This document shows, in pieces, positions 1 through 8,722 of a stretch of DNA of 64,000 nucleotides. The DNA comes from an uncultured delta proteobacterium. Lineage in GTDB: Bacteria; Myxococcota_A; Polyangia; Polyangiales; Houyiibacteriaceae. Both the position numbers and the translations under genes were made by a program. The notes under the pieces are model-generated. The model was not told the origin of the DNA. It saw only the letters and a list, made by a program, of their open reading frames with translations, and did not search any database. Each line of letters starts with the position of its first letter. Within the stretch, counting starts at the first letter, position 1. The stretch lies in NCBI GenBank assembly GCA_963716775.1, contig CAVQUI010000008.1, positions 974 to 64,973 of the forward strand. Reading direction: 5' to 3'.

Positions 1-2
1 AA

Positions 3-293
3 CGTGCCTCGACGCGTGACTACTTCGCGCTGATAGGCGACCTTGCAGACGTACCCGTGCCCAAATACAACCTCGGGGAGGCGCCACTCATCCCCATCGC
101 AATGCTGCTGGAGCTGTTGGCTCGTTGGACCGGAAAGCGCCCCGCCATCCCGGTCGACATCCTCAAGACAACGGCTGCCGGATCGCTCGTTTTCGACGGA
201 AGCCGCGCGATACGCGAGCTCGGCATGAAGTACACGCCACTTCGCGAGGCGCTTCGGGAATCGATAGACGAGATTCGATTCGAATCACGTTAG
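3..293 (+). CDS. C-terminal part of an NAD-dependent epimerase/dehydratase (extended SDR, dihydroflavonol-reductase/HpnA-like), truncated by the window start
   Basis: Frame is open from base 3. Ends 'VFDGSRAIRELGMKYTPLREALRESI', a typical extended-SDR C-terminus. Confidence 0.7.
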   Translation, partial: RASTRDYFALIGDLADVPVPKYNLGEAPLIPIAMLLELLARWTGKRPAIPVDILKTTAAGSLVFDGSRAIRELGMKYTPLREALRESIDEIRFESR

Positions 294-300
294 CCGCTGG

Positions 301-1367
301 TCATCCAGCCGATGCTGCGCCATCGGTCAGCGCAATCTTGGGGCCTGAGGCCACTTTGACGGAGAGACGAATTCCGTCGGCCTCGGCATGGATCTTGAAG
401 TCCTCGATGACCTCGCGAACGTCATGATCGAGGATTCGGGTGCCCGTCATGTCGATGGTGAGCGTACAGCCTGGAGGCATCTCCCGGAGAATGCGCTTGA
501 GGGCTGCCTTGTTGAGGAAGGTCATGTGCTCGGTCAGGCGAATCGAGAAGCAGCCGGGCTCCGTCTCCTCTCGATAGAAATCGAGCTGGCACTTGTAGAT
601 GAGGATCTTGTGATTTGAGAGAAATCTGGCCGGATGAAGTGGGATAGGAAGTCACCGAACGAGGATGACACCGGAACTGTCACGAGGTGTTCTGGAGAAA
701 TGGCGAGGCCAGGCGCAACCGTGCGAAAGATTGCATTGAGGCCGACGCCGAGCAGTACGACGAGGAGCGGTGCAGGCAAAGCTTTGGCGACCCGCGTTCG
801 TTTGAAGAGTTCGCTCTGCCAGACGATGAGAATCGTCAAGGAAACAATGGTGATGATGATCGCGCCAGGGCTCAGCGCCGAGAACGCGTATCCGATCTCG
901 GTGAATGTGTTGTGGCCATCGCGCTGGAAGAATTCGAGCTCGCCCTCCCAGGATTGATCGTACCCGAGCGCATGGGGGATCTGCTTGAGGATGAGAATGA
1001 TCCCAATGCCGGCGAGCATCCCCTTGATGACACTCGACGGGAAGTAGTGGGCAATGACGCCGGCTTTGAGAAAGCCAGCGGCGATCTGAACCACACCGCA
1101 CACGATGACCGCCAAGAGATAAGTTTCTAGCCCCAGGTTCTCAATGCCGGCAGCCACCATCACGGCAAGCCCCGCAGCCGGCCCGCTCACTCCATGCCGG
1201 GATCCACTGAACATGGTGACGACAATGCCGCCCGAAATCCCTGAAATTACGCCGCTGAAAAGAGGCGCACCCGAAGCCAACGCGATTCCGAGACAGAGCG
1301 GGAGTGCCACGAGGAACACCACCACTCCCGCGCGCAGGTCGTCGCCTAGATATCGCCGATCGAACAT
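301..1367 (-). pseudogene. SulP/SLC26 anion (sulfate/bicarbonate) permease with a large internal deletion
   Basis: N-terminal half has 'AGVVVFLVALPLCLGIALASGAP...VSGPAAGL' (534..1367). After 'PDFSQIT' the sequence jumps out of frame directly into the STAS-like tail 'IRLTEHMTFLNKA...ILDHDVREVIEDF' (301..~610). The second half of the membrane domain is absent. Confidence 0.75.
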
Positions 1368-1368
1368 A

Positions 1369-1980
1369 TCAGGACGCGCTGAGTCCGAAGAGTTCTGGCG
1401 AATGTGATTCCTCGACCGCGCGGCTCACCAGCTGAAGAACCCGCGGGTCGAAGCCCAGAGAAAGGTGGCTCGCATCGACCTCGATATGCTCGCAGTGCGC
1501 ATTGTAATCGTCGATGCAGGCTTCCCAGTTGACCACGGCGTCACGGCGACTGTAGATCGCGGTGAGCGGGACCGAGATGGGGATGCGGTTTCGTTCCTCG
1601 ACGGCCTGTTCGATTGCGTCGAGGTCTTCTCCAAGCACACGTTCGTAGAAGGCCGCCGCCCTCGTGTACTTAGGTCCGCCTATCACCGGCGAGCCCAACG
1701 TGACCACGTTCTTGACGAGCTCTGGGCGTTCGCGCGCGACCTCTCGGGCAAGGACGCCGCCGAGGCTCCAACCGACGAGCGAGACCGGTTGCCCATAGCG
1801 CTGATGAAGCAACTCGGTCCGCGAGACCACTTTCGGGATGAGCATGGGAACACGACCTCGGTTGACGCCCAGCCGCCACCGGTGAACCTGGTGCCCGGCG
1901 TTCTGCAGGTAGCGTCGAATGACGAACGTCGAAAGGTCGCCTGCGCTGAAACCTGGAAAAACCAGGACGGGAATGGCCAT
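1369..1980 (-). CDS. Alpha/beta-fold hydrolase (esterase/lipase-like), possibly N-terminally truncated
   Basis: 'PVLVFPGF' oxyanion region, GWSLGG nucleophile elbow, 'TLGSP', 'YSRRDAVV', 'SHLSLG' catalytic His. Confidence 0.85.
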   Translation of the reverse strand: MAIPVLVFPGFSAGDLSTFVIRRYLQNAGHQVHRWRLGVNRGRVPMLIPKVVSRTELLHQRYGQPVSLVGWSLGGVLAREVARERPELVKNVVTLGSPVIGGPKYTRAAAFYERVLGEDLDAIEQAVEERNRIPISVPLTAIYSRRDAVVNWEACIDDYNAHCEHIEVDASHLSLGFDPRVLQLVSRAVEESHSPELFGLSAS

Positions 1981-1999
1981 GGCCGATTCTTAAGGGTCT

Positions 2000-2048
2000 C
2001 GGCTACGAATGGCAAGCAACGGCTGCGAAGGCAAACAACGGCTGCGAG
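2000..2048 (+). repeat. About 2.5 imperfect tandem copies of a 19-20 bp unit (CGGCTRCGAA..GGCAARCAA)
   Basis: cggctacgaatggcaagcaa (2000-2019), cggctgcgaaggcaaacaa (2020-2038), cggctgcgag (2039-2048). Confidence 0.7.
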
Positions 2049-2114
2049 ATCCCCCTCCCCTCAGCAAGCTACGATCGACAAAGGGCCCTTGCTGCTGCTA
2101 TTCGCTTCGGAATC

Positions 2115-2987
2115 ATGGGACTCCAACGCAGCGCCATTTCATCGACCGTGATCGCGGGCGCCGTGATCATCGCCAGCTCCATCGCCTGGGCTGGCAGCCA
2201 GGGAGGCGCAGAGCTTGGCGGCATTCCGGTGATGGTCTTGTCCGCGGCGATCGCATTTGTGGTGCAGTGGCTCGCGTTCGTGCCCGCATATTGGAAACAG
2301 ACCGAGCACTTCTACGACCTAGTAGGAAGCCTAACGTACATGCTGGTTACGGGCTTTGCGCTCGTGGCTTCCCGACCGAACGACGCGCGCTCCGCCATCC
2401 TCGGGCTTCTGGTCTTCATCTGGGCGTCTCGGCTGGGTAGCTTTCTATTCCGACGCGTCCGGAGTGCAGGCTCCGATCCACGCTTCGACGAGATCAAGCC
2501 CAGCGCCTCACGCTTTCTCGTAGCCTGGACCCTTCAAGGGCTTTGGGTGTTCTTGACGCTCTGCGGGGCACTTGCCGCAATCACGACGACAGCGCCATCT
2601 CCGCTCGGACTTCTCGACGCTTTGGGGGTTGGAGTCTGGGCTATCGGTTTTGCGATCGAGGTCGCCGCCGACCGACAGAAGAGCCAGTGGCGAGCCGACA
2701 ATCCTGGCCAGTTCGTCCACAAGGGCCTTTGGGCCTGGTCGCGTCACCCGAACTATTTCGGTGAGATCGTCCTATGGCTGGGTGTGGCTTTGATGGCCGC
2801 GTCGACCCTTCGAGGCTGGCCATGGGTCACGATGGTTTCGCCGGTCTTCGTGTTCTTTCTTCTCACACGCGTGAGCGGAATCCCCCTTCTCGAGAAGCGT
2901 GCGGATCAAAGATGGGGTGATGACGAACGCTATCGTGCGTATAAAGCGCGGACACCTGTCTTGGTCCCGCGCAGGCCTCGACGCTGA
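2115..2987 (+). CDS. DUF1295 family membrane protein (steroid 5-alpha-reductase-like)
   Basis: 'DPRFDEIK', 'WTLQGLWV', 'ADRQK', 'GLWAWSRHPNYFGE', 'SGIPLLE'. Confidence 0.9.
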   Translation: MGLQRSAISSTVIAGAVIIASSIAWAGSQGGAELGGIPVMVLSAAIAFVVQWLAFVPAYWKQTEHFYDLVGSLTYMLVTGFALVASRPNDARSAILGLLVFIWASRLGSFLFRRVRSAGSDPRFDEIKPSASRFLVAWTLQGLWVFLTLCGALAAITTTAPSPLGLLDALGVGVWAIGFAIEVAADRQKSQWRADNPGQFVHKGLWAWSRHPNYFGEIVLWLGVALMAASTLRGWPWVTMVSPVFVFFLLTRVSGIPLLEKRADQRWGDDERYRAYKARTPVLVPRRPRR

Positions 2988-3046
2988 AGCCGCGCCGGGC
3001 GAACTCTAGCCGAACCCGGGCTCGAGCCCTAAGATAGCCCAGCACT

Positions 3047-4207
3047 ATGGCCGAGCTCTCTTTCCCGAGTCGCTATCAGAACAGAGCAGAAGCGAGACTG
3101 CGCTTCGGGTCCGATGCCGATCGCTACGCGGGGTACTATCTCGTCGGTGACCCAGTGGCCGATGACCTCGTCGAATGGATGGAGCGAAGCGGCGCGTTGG
3201 CAAGAACGCAGTTCGAGCGCGCGCTGGAACACGGCATCGCCGCCGTCCCCGATGCAGCGCCCGAGCTCGACCGCTTCTTCGCGCGTGCAGAGGGCTTGCC
3301 GAGCTGGGTCGACTTCGAGCAGCTCCAAACTGGCGCGCTAGCCTACCAGCGCTTTGGCATCCTCGGGATGATCGTCCTGAGCGCCTGGTCCCTCATCAAC
3401 GGATACCACTCGAGCGCGGCAGTGAAACCGCTCGCGTTCACCGGGCAGCTCCACCACAACACCCAGCGGCGCCTAGCTGAAACTGCACGGTTTGTGAGCG
3501 AGGTTTCCCAGGTCGACGGGCTTCGGGCCGGACGCCCAGGGCGCGATATCTCGCTGCGCGTAAGCATGATCCATGCGCACGTACGTCGCGCATGCCTGCA
3601 ATCGAACCAGTGGCGGAGCGAGGCCTGGGGGCTTCCGATCAACCAGGCCGACATGTTTGGGACGCTCCTGGAGTTTTCACTTCTGATGATGGATGGCGCC
3701 CAGCGCCTCGGTTTCTTCCTGACGCTGGAAGAGCGCGAAGCGATTCTCGCGATGTGGCGGTATTGCGGACATTTGAGTGGAGTCGACCCATGGCTGATCG
3801 AGCAGCTCGGGAGTGAAACCGAAACGCGGCGCCTCGCCGATCTCCTGCGGCTGGTTCAGCCCGGGCCCGACGAAGATTCATTGACGCTCACCGAGCAGCT
3901 CCTGAAAGTGCCGGGCCAGAACGCCAAGGGCAAAGCCCCCCCCGTGCTCGCGCTCGCGGTCAGCCGAATTCACAACGGGCTGGCCCGAGCCTTCAACGGC
4001 CCGGAGATCGCAGATGACCTCGGCATTCCCGATGACCTCTGGCAGTACGCGATCTACCCTATCCGCGCGGCCGTCACGCCAGTCGAATTGCTTCGCCGCA
4101 GCGTCCCAGGCGCGAGTCGTTTGGCAGCGCAGCTCGGGAACCAAGCGATCCGTTCGGATCTGACTCGCATCCTCCGTGGTGAAGAGCCGTCCTTCGAGAT
4201 TTCTTAG
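3047..4207 (+). CDS. Oxygenase MpaB/DUF2236 family (latex-clearing-protein-like heme oxygenase fold)
   Basis: 'PSWVDFEQL', 'RRLAETARF', 'LRVSMIHAHVRR', 'WGLPINQADM', 'WRYCGHLSGV'. Confidence 0.85.
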   Translation: MAELSFPSRYQNRAEARLRFGSDADRYAGYYLVGDPVADDLVEWMERSGALARTQFERALEHGIAAVPDAAPELDRFFARAEGLPSWVDFEQLQTGALAYQRFGILGMIVLSAWSLINGYHSSAAVKPLAFTGQLHHNTQRRLAETARFVSEVSQVDGLRAGRPGRDISLRVSMIHAHVRRACLQSNQWRSEAWGLPINQADMFGTLLEFSLLMMDGAQRLGFFLTLEEREAILAMWRYCGHLSGVDPWLIEQLGSETETRRLADLLRLVQPGPDEDSLTLTEQLLKVPGQNAKGKAPPVLALAVSRIHNGLARAFNGPEIADDLGIPDDLWQYAIYPIRAAVTPVELLRRSVPGASRLAAQLGNQAIRSDLTRILRGEEPSFEIS

Positions 4208-4256
4208 ATTTCGCGGTCGGACAGGTGATCTGCGAGTTTGGAGACCAGCGGGCGGC

Positions 4257-4883
4257 TCAGGCAACCGGATACATCACGAAGACCAAGATGTTCCAGACGA
4301 GATGCGCGATTAGGGGTGCCGCGAGCCCCCGGGTTCGCACACGAAGGCTGCCCCAGAGCAAACCACAGAGAAAGGCTACGATGATGAGCAGCGGAGACCG
4401 CAGAGCGAGCTGAGGAAGCACATAGAGTAGCGCCGAAAAGAGCATCGCGCGCCATGGACCGAACGACTTCGAGAAGAGATCGATCGCGACTCCACGCCAG
4501 ACAAGCTCCTCAGCCGCAACGACGAGGAACAGCAAGGGGAGTGCGCGAACCGGCCCTGGAGCTTGACGAAGCAACGCATAGAGTGTCTCCACCTCCGTTT
4601 GAATCGGGTCGAACACCGAGACGCTGACTGGATAGAGCCACCAAGTTGCCAAGGACATGACCAGCCCGACGGCGAGGCCGGCGATCAGACTCGCTGCTGT
4701 CGGCGGTTTTAGGTTGGATCGAACCACGGGGCGCGCGCCGAGCCACAGCACGAGGATGGAGGCCAGCGCCGCTGCGCCGGTTCCGATCCAAATGTTGAGG
4801 ACCTCGCGTAGGCCCATCGCCACGCAGAACGCAGCCACACAAGCTGCCAGTGCGACCGCCTCGATTCGAGAGACGCGCTGCAC
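4257..4883 (-). CDS. CPBP/Abi (CAAX-protease-like) intramembrane metalloprotease
   Basis: 'AEELVWRG' (EExxxR) and 'AHLVWN' motifs, multiple hydrophobic segments. Confidence 0.85.
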   Translation of the reverse strand: MQRVSRIEAVALAACVAAFCVAMGLREVLNIWIGTGAAALASILVLWLGARPVVRSNLKPPTAASLIAGLAVGLVMSLATWWLYPVSVSVFDPIQTEVETLYALLRQAPGPVRALPLLFLVVAAEELVWRGVAIDLFSKSFGPWRAMLFSALLYVLPQLALRSPLLIIVAFLCGLLWGSLRVRTRGLAAPLIAHLVWNILVFVMYPVA

Positions 4884-5852
4884 CTAGCTTTGGCCCTTTA
4901 GGCGGCCCCGCATACGGCGCACCAGCTTGGGCGTCGGGTTTCTGGGGGCCGTTTCGTCTTCTAAGGCCTGGTAGACCGCGCTCTGGAACTCGGTCGGATG
5001 CTCGTCCCCTAGCGTATCCCAGATCGACTCGCCACTTGGATCGAGGTCGCTTTGCAGACCCTCCACGAGCTCCTGCGCAAGCGCTAAGTCCGCCCGCGTC
5101 ACCAGGGCGATCCAATAGCTCGAAAGCCTCGGCGTGATGACGGGCACGCCTATGAGCCGCGGATCCTTGCCCATGCTCTTTGCAATGCGTGAGAGAAAAT
5201 TGGCATGCGTCATGCGTTCGTTTCCCGGCACATCGAACCAAACGCTGCCTTCAACGCGCATATCGAGCGCGCGGACAATCGCAAGCACGACGTCTTCGAT
5301 CCAAACCGGCCAAGATGAGTACTGAAGCCAGCGCGGCAGAAGCATGGCGGGAAGTCGCGCCGCCAGGTCACGAACCATCATCCAGGAGCTGCCTCCGGCG
5401 CCGATGATCAGCCCGCAGCGAAGCTCGATCGTCGAGACAGCCGAGCCCGAGCGGAGGATCTCGCCGGTACGAAGTCGGCTACCAAGATGTCGCGAGACTT
5501 TGCCCTGGGGTGCGACGCCGCCCAAGTAGACGATGCGGCGGACGCCCTCCCGCTCCGCGGCGTCGAGAAACGCTTCTGCTCCTCGTGCTTCGCGCGCGGG
5601 GTAGTCCTTCGAGTCGTCGATCGAGTGGATGAGGTAAACCGCGGCATCACAACCTGCCATCGCAGGGCCGATCGAGCTCGGATCGTTGACGTCGAGGTAG
5701 ACCCAGCCCGGCTGAGATGCCTTCTCCCGGTTTCTGGTCGCACGAACGACCTGCCAATCCGTTTCTACGAGAGCTGCGTCGAGATGACGTCCGACGAAAC
5801 CGGTTGCGCCGGTGAGTAGCAGTCTTCCGGTCTTGGCTTGTTCGTGTATCAT
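4884..5852 (-). CDS. NAD(P)-binding atypical SDR oxidoreductase (YbjT-like)
   Basis: 'LLTGATGFVG', 'VYLIHS', 'RIVYLGG', 'SRHLGSR', 'TPRLSSYWI'. Confidence 0.85.
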   Translation of the reverse strand: MIHEQAKTGRLLLTGATGFVGRHLDAALVETDWQVVRATRNREKASQPGWVYLDVNDPSSIGPAMAGCDAAVYLIHSIDDSKDYPAREARGAEAFLDAAEREGVRRIVYLGGVAPQGKVSRHLGSRLRTGEILRSGSAVSTIELRCGLIIGAGGSSWMMVRDLAARLPAMLLPRWLQYSSWPVWIEDVVLAIVRALDMRVEGSVWFDVPGNERMTHANFLSRIAKSMGKDPRLIGVPVITPRLSSYWIALVTRADLALAQELVEGLQSDLDPSGESIWDTLGDEHPTEFQSAVYQALEDETAPRNPTPKLVRRMRGRLKGQS

Positions 5853-5948
5853 CGTTTATCAACTAGGCCCGCGGCTTGGGTCGAATACACTGCAAACACC
5901 CAAGGGGCCACCCTCCCCGATCCGCCCAGTCTGATAGGCCGACAAGAG

Positions 5949-7388
5949 CTAGGGAGACGCCCTATCGCACTGCACGCTGGTGGTCGTCTCCCAACGAATA
6001 CGCTCGATCTCGGCTGCAGCGACAGCCTCGATGTAGCGCATGCGTGCCATGGCCGCTTGCTGCTCGCGGAGGTTGACAAAGACGAGATTGCTGGAGCCGA
6101 CCTCGAATCTGCGGCGTTCCCCCTCGGCAAGCTCTGCAGCTGTGTCGACGACCTCATCGGTCAGCGCGACTCTCTGCTGCGCGGCCTCGACCGCCGAAGC
6201 CGCATCGCGTGTTCTGGCGCGAAGCCGGTCGGAGACGAAGCTCAGCTGAGCCTCCTTCTCGGCCACCTGGGCGCGTGCGGCGCCCGCCTTGCCACGCTCC
6301 TTTCGAAGGATCAGTGGCATCGAGAGCTTCACGCCTGCTTCGAACACGTTTCCAGGGAGCGTGAAGTCGAGGTCGGTGTTGGTGAGATCCCCGAGGTCTC
6401 GGGAGTACTCGAAGATGGCCTTGAGCTCGGGGGCGACCTCGTTTCGGCGAAGACGCTGTTCAACCTCGACCGCTTCGAGCTCCGCACGCGCCTTGCCGAC
6501 CTCGGGGTGACACATGAGAACTTGCTCGACCGAGCGGTCCACGGCCAGCGCATCGATGGGTGCGGCCTCGACGCGCGCTGGCACACGCTGCGGGCCGACG
6601 ACGAGCGGCGCCCCGTTCGCATCACGGAAGAACAGCGAGAGCTCGAAGGTGGCCTTCTCGAAGGCCCGCTCCGCGGCGACCAGCCAAGCCCTGCGCTCGA
6701 GCAAGATCCGCTCGTTGTCGAGCACGTCGAACTCGGCGATCGAGCCCGCGCTAAAACGGCGTTTGAGCTGTGAATCTCGCTGCTCGGCGAGATCGAGCAA
6801 GGCTTTGGCGACCTCTCGGTTCTGCCCAGAGCCGACCCAATTCCAGTACGTCCGCGCCGCGGCGAGCTCGAGATTCAGTCTCGTGGCCGACAGGGCCTGA
6901 TCGGCCGCCTCTTCGATACGCATGGCGCGGGCTCGTTCGGCGCGCTCCGGGTCGGTGAGGCCACCGCGCCAGATCGGAACCTCGATTCCCGCTCGGACCT
7001 CCCCGCCTGACAGCGTTTGGTCGTCGCGGTAGGTCGGCCAGCGCTCGTTGACTCCGAGGCCGACCCGGTACCCCACGTAGATCTCCGAGCCCCAGAGTGT
7101 GGTCGGCTGCCGAAGCTCCACGTCCGCGCTTCGCAAGTCGTAGTAGGCACCCGTCACGAGCTTGCCTTCACCCTCGAGTCTTGGGTCAAATGCTCCTCGC
7201 GCGGCGAGCGTCTTCGACTCGGCTTTGCGAAGCTTCGCGACCGCCTCGCGTATGCGCGGGTCATGGGCGTTCACCGATTCCAAGACCTCGTCGAAATGAA
7301 GCGGCCGTCCTCTCTCCTCGCTTGCGAAGGCGAACATCGGCGTCATCGAGCCCAAGACGAATACGCCCAAGCGTGCAGCGAGGCTCAT
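5949..7388 (-). CDS. TolC-family outer-membrane efflux/secretion channel
   Basis: Start at ATG 7388 overlaps the HlyD stop (ATGA). Signal peptide; 'ARGAFDP', 'ERRRFEVGSSNLVFVNLRE'. Confidence 0.85.
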   Translation of the reverse strand: MSLAARLGVFVLGSMTPMFAFASEERGRPLHFDEVLESVNAHDPRIREAVAKLRKAESKTLAARGAFDPRLEGEGKLVTGAYYDLRSADVELRQPTTLWGSEIYVGYRVGLGVNERWPTYRDDQTLSGGEVRAGIEVPIWRGGLTDPERAERARAMRIEEAADQALSATRLNLELAAARTYWNWVGSGQNREVAKALLDLAEQRDSQLKRRFSAGSIAEFDVLDNERILLERRAWLVAAERAFEKATFELSLFFRDANGAPLVVGPQRVPARVEAAPIDALAVDRSVEQVLMCHPEVGKARAELEAVEVEQRLRRNEVAPELKAIFEYSRDLGDLTNTDLDFTLPGNVFEAGVKLSMPLILRKERGKAGAARAQVAEKEAQLSFVSDRLRARTRDAASAVEAAQQRVALTDEVVDTAAELAEGERRRFEVGSSNLVFVNLREQQAAMARMRYIEAVAAAEIERIRWETTTSVQCDRASP

Positions 7389-8722
7389 GGGGTCTCCTTT
7401 GCGGAGGGCGCCATGGGTGGTGGGCTGGTCGTCGGCGGAAAGCCGTTGAACTGCCGCCAGACCTCGAAGCCGAGAGACACTCGATTGAGCAAGACCCAAC
7501 CCTTCGCGAGAACGCCCTGTCGAAGGTAACTCGCGGCCGGCCAGGGATCCTCCTCCGGGTCGGGAATGACGACGATTCGGAAATCGCCCCCCCCGTCGTC
7601 CGTGGCGTCGACAAACGCAACACGACCGCCGAAGGTGCCGACGGCGACCGAGGGCCAACCGGAAAACTGCACGGCGGGCCAGCCTTCGAATTGCAAGCGC
7701 ACCGGGCTCCCTGGCTTGATCAGCGCGGCATCGTTGCCATCGATGTACAGCTCGACCGCGCGGTCCTCCGTCTTCGGAACCAGAACAGCAAGCACCTCGC
7801 CTTGTTTGACTTGCTCGCCGCCGAGTCGGCCGACGACTCGTAGAATCGTTCCGTCGATCGGCGCCCGAACCGTCTGTGCACGTTGTCGTGAAATGCCCAT
7901 GTCGAGGCGCGCGAGCGTTGCGTTCGTCGATGCCACGTCGGTCTCGGCGCTCCGCATACCGGCTTGTGCGTTTTCGATCTCTGCGTCGGTCGAGGCGATT
8001 ACCTGCCGCAGGGCCGCGCGGCTCTGCGAGAGCTTGTTCCGAGAGGCTTGTAGCTTCGCCTTTGCAGAAGCCACCTTGGCCCTGCTCTGCCGCATGGCGA
8101 GCTCGGCAAGCTCGAGCTCGCGTTGAGATGCAAGGCCATCGTCGAACAAGCCTCGCTGACGACGTAAGTTGAGCTCGTTGGTTTCGAGCTCCGCGGTCGC
8201 AGCCCCGAGGTCCTGCTCAGCAGCCTCGACGGATTGCTGTGCAATCTGGATGCTGGCCTGGGCCGATTCGGTCTCCGCCCGTTGCGAGCGGCGAACCGAT
8301 TCGACCCGGGCGCTGAGGGACTCGGCGCGCTGCGACTGCGCGATTCGTCGCAATTCGATCGCCGAGCGCTCGGCGCCGAGTCGGTCGAGCATCGACTCGT
8401 CGTTGTCCGTCAACTGCACGATGGGATCACCCTTCTTGACTTGCGTTCCTTCTTGGACGAACCACTTCTCGACTCGTCCGGAAATGGTCGCTTCAAGAGG
8501 CTGTTGACGCTGGTCCGGCGCATAGGCGAGCACGCGCCCGCGGCCACGAATGTTCTGGGTCCACGGGGCCAGCAGCGCCGCAATGAAGAACAAGACGAAG
8601 ACGGCAACGAGCACTTTGGCCACCAGAGTCGCGCGTTGTGGCGCCGGAACTCCGAGGGCTTCGGGGAGCGTGTCGCGCTCGAAGCCCGACCAGCTCGGGG
8701 CCTTGGTCGAATTCCGGCTCAT
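7385..8722 (-). CDS. HlyD-family periplasmic adaptor
   Basis: One N-terminal TM, 'PWTQNIRGRG', lipoyl halves ('V.EG..VKKGD', 'VRAPIDG'), long coiled coil, 'FEGWPAVQFSGWP'. Confidence 0.9.
   Translation of the reverse strand: MSRNSTKAPSWSGFERDTLPEALGVPAPQRATLVAKVLVAVFVLFFIAALLAPWTQNIRGRGRVLAYAPDQRQQPLEATISGRVEKWFVQEGTQVKKGDPIVQLTDNDESMLDRLGAERSAIELRRIAQSQRAESLSARVESVRRSQRAETESAQASIQIAQQSVEAAEQDLGAATAELETNELNLRRQRGLFDDGLASQRELELAELAMRQSRAKVASAKAKLQASRNKLSQSRAALRQVIASTDAEIENAQAGMRSAETDVASTNATLARLDMGISRQRAQTVRAPIDGTILRVVGRLGGEQVKQGEVLAVLVPKTEDRAVELYIDGNDAALIKPGSPVRLQFEGWPAVQFSGWPSVAVGTFGGRVAFVDATDDGGGDFRIVVIPDPEEDPWPAASYLRQGVLAKGWVLLNRVSLGFEVWRQFNGFPPTTSPPPMAPSAKETP

Noticed and set aside
2000-2048. 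CRISPR-like array
   Set aside because: Repeats are contiguous, have no spacers, number only 2.5 copies, and no cas genes are present.
7389-7658. Long N-terminal extensions in the ORF track (TolC here; also CrtE to 20280, 23945, 27635, 54459)
   Set aside because: They overlap neighbouring genes. Internal starts with ATGA coupling or an RBS fit better.
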